From NCBI GenBank assembly GCA_004764695.1, contig SMSO01000014.1:6872029-6936028 (forward strand): a stretch of 64,000 bases of DNA, given 5' to 3'. The translations under genes and the position numbers were made by a program. Of this stretch, positions 57,130 to 64,000 are shown in pieces. Position 1 is the stretch's first letter; each line of letters starts with the position of its first letter. The DNA comes from Schizochytrium sp. TIO01 (Eukaryota; Protista; Bigyra: Labyrinthulomycetes). The notes under the pieces are model-generated. The model saw only the letters and a program-made list of their open reading frames with translations, had not been told where the DNA came from and did not search any database.

Positions 57130-59756
57130 CTTGTTTAAGTCACAGCGCTTGCACAGAGAATCAAGAAAGTGTATATTATCTAATGCGCAGTCAAATGTTG
57201 GGTTTCCTATGGGCGTGCCACTTTCACTACTGGGTAGTTTAGAAAGCGGTTCGCGTCCTTCTCTTTTAGGCACAATTGCACTGCATTGAGTTGAGAGCAC
57301 TACCTACTCTCATATTTTACTGTATGTATCATGATAGAATAGTTTGGAATACAATAAGAATACCATTCAAACAATTCCCTTTTTATTTAGCGACCAGCAG
57401 ATACCTCTTACGAGCTCTCCTTGGAATCGAAGTCTTCAGTACCAAGTAGCAACATAAAACATAATCCCTTTTGTTTATCTCCAGTACTCCAAGACCGCTC
57501 TTGTACCATGGATTTGCTGATGTTAACTAAGACGCTTCCCAGAGTCTCGCCACCTCGCAAGATAATTCAATTTGGGAAATAATCCCTCCGCCTGGATATC
57601 TTCAGTTTTCTTTCTGGTCCTACTCTCATTCCGTTGTTTTTACTTGCCAAGTCTGCTACATACCTAGTCAATAAAACGTTCCTGAGAATTGTTTCTTTCA
57701 TTGCCTGTGGACCCCACATTTACTTTATATCCCATAACAGCATGATGTGTCCCGCGAAGATGCTGGAACCTTCGTATATAGATATATCAACGATCCAGTA
57801 CCGTTGGCATTTTATTTTCCACAGCCCACCAAAGCACCAGTTGTGGACCTGATGTGGAAGGGTTTTCAAGAACTCACAAATGCCGTTGCTCTAGCCCTCA
57901 TTTTCGAAAGGAAGAGAACTGGTACCCTAGGAATCTCTAGTGTTAGCTAGGCCCATCTCAGTTGCTTGAGGAAGGCACTACTAATCCCTACTACTAGAAG
58001 CATCTAGCTGTTGGGGCATCCTCTGTCTGTCTCAAAGTTGTCAATGTTCGCTCCTTCTATTTGGGGGAGAAATCTTCAGTACGTATTTAGATGCCTACCT
58101 ACATCCCCTGACTCGGGTAGAGACCAATGAGTGATCGTTTTTTGGCTTTAGCTCCTACCCAAGTTGCTTCAAGATTGCATTGGACCAAGCTCATTCCTTC
58201 TGAGTAGGTACGTAGTGAGAGTTAGTACAACTCAACTCCTTGCGTTCTTCACAGTGATTGTACTCTGTGTGGAGTGGTCTTCTCCAGGATGATCGAGAGA
58301 GTATAGAAGCAGCTAGCTAGAGATAGTAGTACCTACCAACCGATTCGTTGTAGAAAGAAAGCCTCAAAGACTTTGTGAAAGAAAACCGAGATCAGATCCA
58401 GCGCAGCTATGCAAGAATGCAAGAATGCAATGAATAAGCTAGGTTCCTAGGTAGCTGGAGTCTGAAATGAAGTCGGCAAGATGCCAACCAGCAGGACGAA
58501 ATAGGCTCCATATGAAGAAGGATGGATTCAGTTGAGAATCTTGAACATTAGTGAAGGAGCAAGAATTTAACCGGCTGTTTGTTTCACTTTTATTCAACAC
58601 AGACAGAAAAGAAAAGAGTATAACGAGTTATGTGCTATGCTAACAGTAGAATGAGAAAGACCTTCTTGGATAGGGCCCAATCAGAATTTTTAAAGAAAAA
58701 AAGAAAATTAAGTTACTGACCGAGCGAGTCAGTCTATGACACGTCTGACAACTTTCCTACATCGATTACAGATCACGTACAGTCAAAATGCAGCTTTGAG
58801 CGACCTCACTCTGCATAATATAACGAACACTCGACGCGTGAGCCATAAAAAGGAAATCTTGTAACATATCATTATGCGCAGTGCCTACCGACATGATTTC
58901 TATTACATATAGCAGAGTTATCGCAGAACTCGTCCAAAGAACCCCTCCATTAGCAAGAAGAACACGTCTCTTGTCCCAGAGAACCCCTTCTCCCTACTGG
59001 AAGACACGCAGACCTCTTCACCTTGGGGTTTTAGTTTTTAACATGCGCGAAGAACTAACTGCCTTTGCCAAAGTCGTTGCAATTGCGAAGAAACGAACAA
59101 TACAGTTTGTTCTGAAGACAAGCTATCTCAGGCCTTTTTATACAACTCTTTTTAGATGGCAAGTTAGGGCGACATTGGTTTCTGGTATTGATCAAATAGG
59201 AAACAAAAACACCATAATACTATCTCAACCAAAACTTCAATTTTTTGATAACCTTTAGCTTTGCTCTGACGCTCACGACGTCGTTCTTTTTGTCCCAACT
59301 TGAAACTCTGTACCTTACCTAACTGCGCCTTTGGTGGAGTCATCTGTTTATTTATTTATTTTATTTATTTACGCGAGTAGAGTAGGGAACTCACTACCCA
59401 AAGCATCTACTACTGGAGTGCGTAGAAGGTTGTTAATACGCGTTAGTCTGATATAGTGTATTAAGAGTGTCTTACGTGCTCATAGCACTGCTATTGGGAA
59501 GAAGTCAGAGATTATTTTCTTTCGTAGTGCGCTGAGACAGAGAACGAGGGAGCGAACTGATTCATCACGACCTACATATAGACCAATGCAAACAAACCCA
59601 GAATTACAGAGTACTCTGCCTGTGTCTGACCAATAGACGAGGCGCATTTTGAGCCCCGGTGCTGCCAGACTCTCGGCTTGGCGTCCCGCTAGAAAGCACG
59701 CGAAGAGAGAAAACCTTGTTAGAACTCGGGTCTCAGGCTTCCCAGGCCTCTTCAGG

Positions 59757-60746
59757 ATGACCACCATGGTCGTCGAAACTCTGCAAACTGCGCTAGCACC
59801 GCTTGAGCCCTGGCTGGGCCGGGCGTTATCTGAGAGGCAGCTTCAAATTGTACTGACCTCCTTCACAGTACTCAACATCCTCTACCCTATTGTCGCATGG
59901 ATGAGCGCGCGGTTTGTTCCGCAGTACAAGGTGAGTGAAACACTAGAAAAGTCCAGAATTAGCATGTATCATGTAACTCAGAAGCCTACAAACTAAGGAT
60001 CACTCCTTTTTTGTAACAAACAACTTTCAAAGATAGTTTTAGTTGCCTATACGCATGCTCAATTGCTTTGACTAAACTAACATATCCTCATGTGATTTTT
60101 CAAACGAATTGTACAGAATTTTCACCCTGATGAGCGTATCCACTGGAACTCTATGATTCTATCGTTTACTCATGCTACTTTGGTGAGCGGTATTTGCGCC
60201 AGCTTAGTACTATTTCCAGACTATGCCATTGAAGTTGACCGAGAGTTTGGTTACTCCAAGCGAGCTGCAACTGCATTTGCGATATCTAGTGGATTTTTCC
60301 TATATGACATCAAAAATTGCTTCAAGTCAACAGGTCCGCAATGGGCATACATCTTCCATCATGTTGCATGTTTTTTCTGTTATGAATGTGTACAATACCC
60401 GTTTTTGCCTTACTATGCAGTGCGCTTCCTGTTGTTCGAACTTAGTACGCCATTCATGAACACTCGCTCTGTCCTGATGCTCCTTGGTCGTAAAGACACA
60501 GCATTGTTTAAGGCTATTGAACATTCGTTCGTACTTTCGTTCCTAGTCGTGCGCATTCTTATGGGCATTCCTTTGTCTATCTTTGCATTCATTGAAGCCT
60601 ACGATATGTACATGGCATCCAGGCAGCACTCCACCTTCATTATGGCCTTTTTTACCCTGGCCAATTTCGGTCTCAACGCACTGAATTTGAATTGGCTCTC
60701 CATCATGATGGGTAAATTTTTTGAGCGCTACAAAAAGAAGGATTAA
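59757..60746 (+). CDS. TLC-domain (TLCD/TMEM56-like) membrane protein; exons 59757-59930 and 60117-60746 (267 aa)
   Basis: Phase-0 intron GTGAGT(59931)...tacAG(60116). W.S..LSFTHA, GFFLYD, HH, FLLFELSTPFMN, FLVVRI, LN.LNL.W. C-terminal KKKD could be an ER-retrieval signal. Confidence 0.9.
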
Positions 60747-61218
60747 GGGTGCCACAGCGACAGTTCCCTGGCTGGATGCCCTCTATTTTGATTGTTTATT
60801 TTTATAAGTTTGTAATGAATGGTTGCATATTGAAATTTGTGGACATATTATTTGAAGCGTCTTGATCATTGAATAGTCAAGTTAAATAGGGATAAGACTT
60901 CATACACGTGTTGACTCGAACATCTTTCGCTTTCGTCAAATCAATTTCTTTCTTTGTCATAATTATCCTACCAGGTATTAGTACTAGAGTTTTGGTTTTT
61001 TACAACAGGAGAATAACAAAAAGTTTTTCTACAATTCAATTACTACAATAAAAATTACAAATATTTTGGTTGTGTTGTGCATGTTCGTTCTTTCCGTTGT
61101 TGCGCTAGATGTATTTTGATCCCATACTAATTTATCTATGGTACAGATGTAAATCAATTTTGGAAGAATGCCTCCTCATGGAGAAATTATATAATAACCT
61201 TTTCGTTGGAGTAACAGA

Positions 61219-63444
61219 TCACCGTTTTCCTTGTGTTGCTGCGTATTCTACGTAAGATGGTAATGGCTGCAGCACCATCATAGCTTGAGCCTCCTGAATT
61301 GGGACGTCCGGGAAATAACCCTGATCGATACACATGCCCCGAAATTCAAGATACAAACTTCTAAGCACTAGCCGAGCTTCTTCTGCAGAGTCATTGTTGG
61401 CTTTCAATGGGGCCAAAACGCGTGCATCTTTTCCACTACGTAAAGTCTCCATAATCCCCTGACAAAGTGAGAGCTTGTCTACTTCATTTCCAAAAAAGGA
61501 AGCGCAAGAAATATCTTCAAAGCTCACCCAGTTGCTATCTTTCGATGCAACTTCGTTGCATACCTGGTTTCCTCTGGTTTCTGATGCCTGATCAGTCGGT
61601 GAGATAAAGTCCTCGGGATTCTCCTTCAAAATATCATCATCTAGCTTCTCCCTGATGCTCAATCTTGATTCAGAGGAGAGTGAATTGCCATATTGTGCTA
61701 TTGATTCAATATCGTCTAAATCAGCACCCTCGCATTCCTCTTCATTAAGCCTCGTCTCGTTTCGTTTTGATTCATTAATCTTCGTCTTATGAATAATACC
61801 ACTCTTACGACCGTTCTCGGCCCTGGATTTCGCTGGTAAGAGGAGCTCTTGAGAAGACTTATCAAATTCCGAGTCAACTTTTGACTGCTTTTGGTCATTA
61901 AACTGTTCCATAGCTAGATCTTGTTGCTGTTGCTGGCGCCGAGCCCGAAGCCGAAGTCGCGACAGCTCAGCAGCTTGACGAGCGATCCTGCGTCCAAGCT
62001 TCTCTAATTTAGAACGCTGCCTAGCCTCTCGAGCTTCCACGCGTCGTGCCTCTTCAGTGTCGATCCTCAATTTTTCAAGAGCGGTAAGCTTGTCAAAGCA
62101 TATCTCGCACACTTTGACTGTTTCGTACATCCGTGATTTCATCTTTTCAGGGAGTGCTTCTGCGAGCTGAGCCGAGTTATTGAGCCCAGTTCGATAAGAA
62201 AGAACTAATTTATAAACTAGAGCTCTCCGCTCTAATGGAGAAACTTGACGCAGTTGATCAAGCGACGCAGAAGAATGGACGTCGCCAATGCACCAGTTCA
62301 ACTGTTCACGAAGTTTTTCACTTTCTGACTTGTGCCCCTCCTGAGCTACCTGTCTCGTTTTAAGAGCAATTTGGCGAACTTTGGCTGAGGTATATGCCGA
62401 AGACAGTAATCGATAGCTTCGAATATCAGAAACAATCTCACGGACGACTTTGGCTCCGCTTGATCCTGCATATTCCTCAATTACAAGATGACCTTCGATG
62501 TCACTAATAGAGCAGTGCTTGGCAAGCTTTCGCGCACAGCGAGATCCCGCCAAACGCTGAAGTCTGCCAAAGCTTGCAGGGACAACGGCTTGTAGTAATA
62601 CAAGACCTGCCGGAGACTTTTCTGGAGCAGCAGAGAACATTTTGCAGAGTCTTTCAAGACACAGGACTAAGTCGTTTTTGGTGAGAACAAACTCATCTGG
62701 CGCTCCCATAGCCTCGAAGCTTCGTGCACGAACTAGAGGCGAATTTCCAAAGTGACCTAAACTTTGGATAATTGTTGCATAAAAAGGTGCAAGGTCCTTG
62801 ACTCCATGAAACTCTTCAGTTACCTCGCCAAAACAAACCCACCGAATAATGCGTTGCGACATGTCGAAAACTAATGTGGGAACAAACTCAACTTTGGCCT
62901 TCTGTATGGCACGTTGCAAACTACAATCCCGCCAAAATTGATATCCCTGCTTCACTTCGCATAAGGTATTGTGCTTCGAATTATCAGTATCTCCCGTTGC
63001 AAAATGTTTCTTTTGCCTTTCCACATGCACATCATCTCCTCTTGCTTTTGATGTTGAGATCGACTTAAGAGTTGCAACACGAGGTAACTTCCCAGGTTTG
63101 TAAGATGGCTTAGATTTTGTGAATGACTTTGATGATTTTTTCGATAGGTCTTGTGCTTGAATTCTAGTAGATCGCGTGTTAACCGGTTGATACCTTTCTG
63201 GGATCTTCAAGTACTTCGTCTCTACACGGTTCCCTTTATGAGTCCTCGTCTTTCCTGTGATGTTACGTAGCTTTGCCTCACGAAGTTCCATTTCAACTCG
63301 AATGTCCCGCTCCGGATCATATTCCAACGTGTTAAACCAATTCAAAAATGAGCTTTTGTTTATACAACGTCCAGCACCAGATTGTTGAGTGCATTTTGGT
63401 GACTCTTGACTCTTTTCAGTTGGTGAGTCGATTGAATCCGACAT
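61219..63444 (-). CDS. Uncharacterised protein (~741 aa) with YxxVxVCxxC motif and coiled coil
   Basis: 2.2-kb ORF from ATG 63444 (MSDSIDS). Ordered middle region, YETVKVCEICF, R/E/Q-rich coiled coil. Confidence 0.75.
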   Translation of the reverse strand: MSDSIDSPTEKSQESPKCTQQSGAGRCINKSSFLNWFNTLEYDPERDIRVEMELREAKLRNITGKTRTHKGNRVETKYLKIPERYQPVNTRSTRIQAQDLSKKSSKSFTKSKPSYKPGKLPRVATLKSISTSKARGDDVHVERQKKHFATGDTDNSKHNTLCEVKQGYQFWRDCSLQRAIQKAKVEFVPTLVFDMSQRIIRWVCFGEVTEEFHGVKDLAPFYATIIQSLGHFGNSPLVRARSFEAMGAPDEFVLTKNDLVLCLERLCKMFSAAPEKSPAGLVLLQAVVPASFGRLQRLAGSRCARKLAKHCSISDIEGHLVIEEYAGSSGAKVVREIVSDIRSYRLLSSAYTSAKVRQIALKTRQVAQEGHKSESEKLREQLNWCIGDVHSSASLDQLRQVSPLERRALVYKLVLSYRTGLNNSAQLAEALPEKMKSRMYETVKVCEICFDKLTALEKLRIDTEEARRVEAREARQRSKLEKLGRRIARQAAELSRLRLRARRQQQQQDLAMEQFNDQKQSKVDSEFDKSSQELLLPAKSRAENGRKSGIIHKTKINESKRNETRLNEEECEGADLDDIESIAQYGNSLSSESRLSIREKLDDDILKENPEDFISPTDQASETRGNQVCNEVASKDSNWVSFEDISCASFFGNEVDKLSLCQGIMETLRSGKDARVLAPLKANNDSAEEARLVLRSLYLEFRGMCIDQGYFPDVPIQEAQAMMVLQPLPSYVEYAATQGKR

Positions 63445-64000
63445 GTTAGGAACTGAACAGCTCGTAATATTTAAGAAGGTCAAAAGTAGATGCCTACTCA
63501 AGAGAGGAGGCGCAGAGAACCGTCCTCACAAGGTCGATGCTTGTATAGCTGGGACCGGAGAGAGCAGAGACAACACCCTGGCAAACTTTTCAGAGAAGGA
63601 ATGTAGTGTTGAGATCTGACACCCGTCCGTGCGTCCAGGATGCTAAATAACTATATCTCTTTTTCGTCAGACAAACCACCAAGAAGCTATTCTCACATTT
63701 TACGTACTCACAGAACATTGTAGTTCTTGCTTTGCAGTCCTCTGCGCAACCCATTTTGTATATATCCGTTGTAGCTGGAGTTGTCTTCCAATTCTGAGCG
63801 GTCCTCATATGTACCAAACTTGGTACTTGTACTACCCTAACCCTAGTTTTAAAGTTTCTTTGAAGGGGTATTATCAATAGCTAGGGTGGGTGATGAGTGG
63901 TGGAGAATTAATACTAAAAGTATCCTTACTGCCATAGTTTAGAGTGACGAGATCATCAACAAGAGCATATGATGAGTGGTGGATAGTTAAAACATATATA

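Noticed and set aside
63891-63983. 14-bp direct repeat tgatgagtggtgga x2 (CRISPR- or snoRNA-like)
   Set aside because: Only two short copies at the window edge, no D box and no cas genes in a eukaryotic context.

Overview
This is gene-dense, intron-poor eukaryotic genomic DNA. It looks like a stramenopile protist, probably a thraustochytrid/labyrinthulomycete; this is inferred from gene content, intron style and the AAAG/ATGA microsatellites, not proven. About 20 protein-coding genes can be supported: an LRR protein, ACBP, a PH-PH-(UBL-like)-coiled-coil-WH2x3 protein, BRK1/HSPC300, two kinesin-16/KIF12-like motors, a CNBD K+ channel, mitochondrial bS18m, a GT-A-like orphan, a PP2C, a PH protein, GMP reductase, a small mitochondrial protein, two coiled-coil proteins, ubiquilin, a lysine methyltransferase-like protein, an SLC5 symporter, a TLC-domain protein and two orphans. 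Five of these genes are split by GT-AG introns that the ORF track misses; I reconstructed them by hand. I found no rRNA, tRNA, CRISPR array or intact transposon. The most interesting signals are: (1) a PH/WH2 protein that may bind actin, head-to-head with the SCAR/WAVE subunit BRK1; (2) introns with a CTAAC branch motif far from the 3' splice site and long AG-free zones; (3) a PP2C with five NPF motifs; (4) a coiled-coil protein with about nine LC8-type TQT/xQT motifs; (5) a frameshifted dual-specificity phosphatase relic that lacks the catalytic loop.
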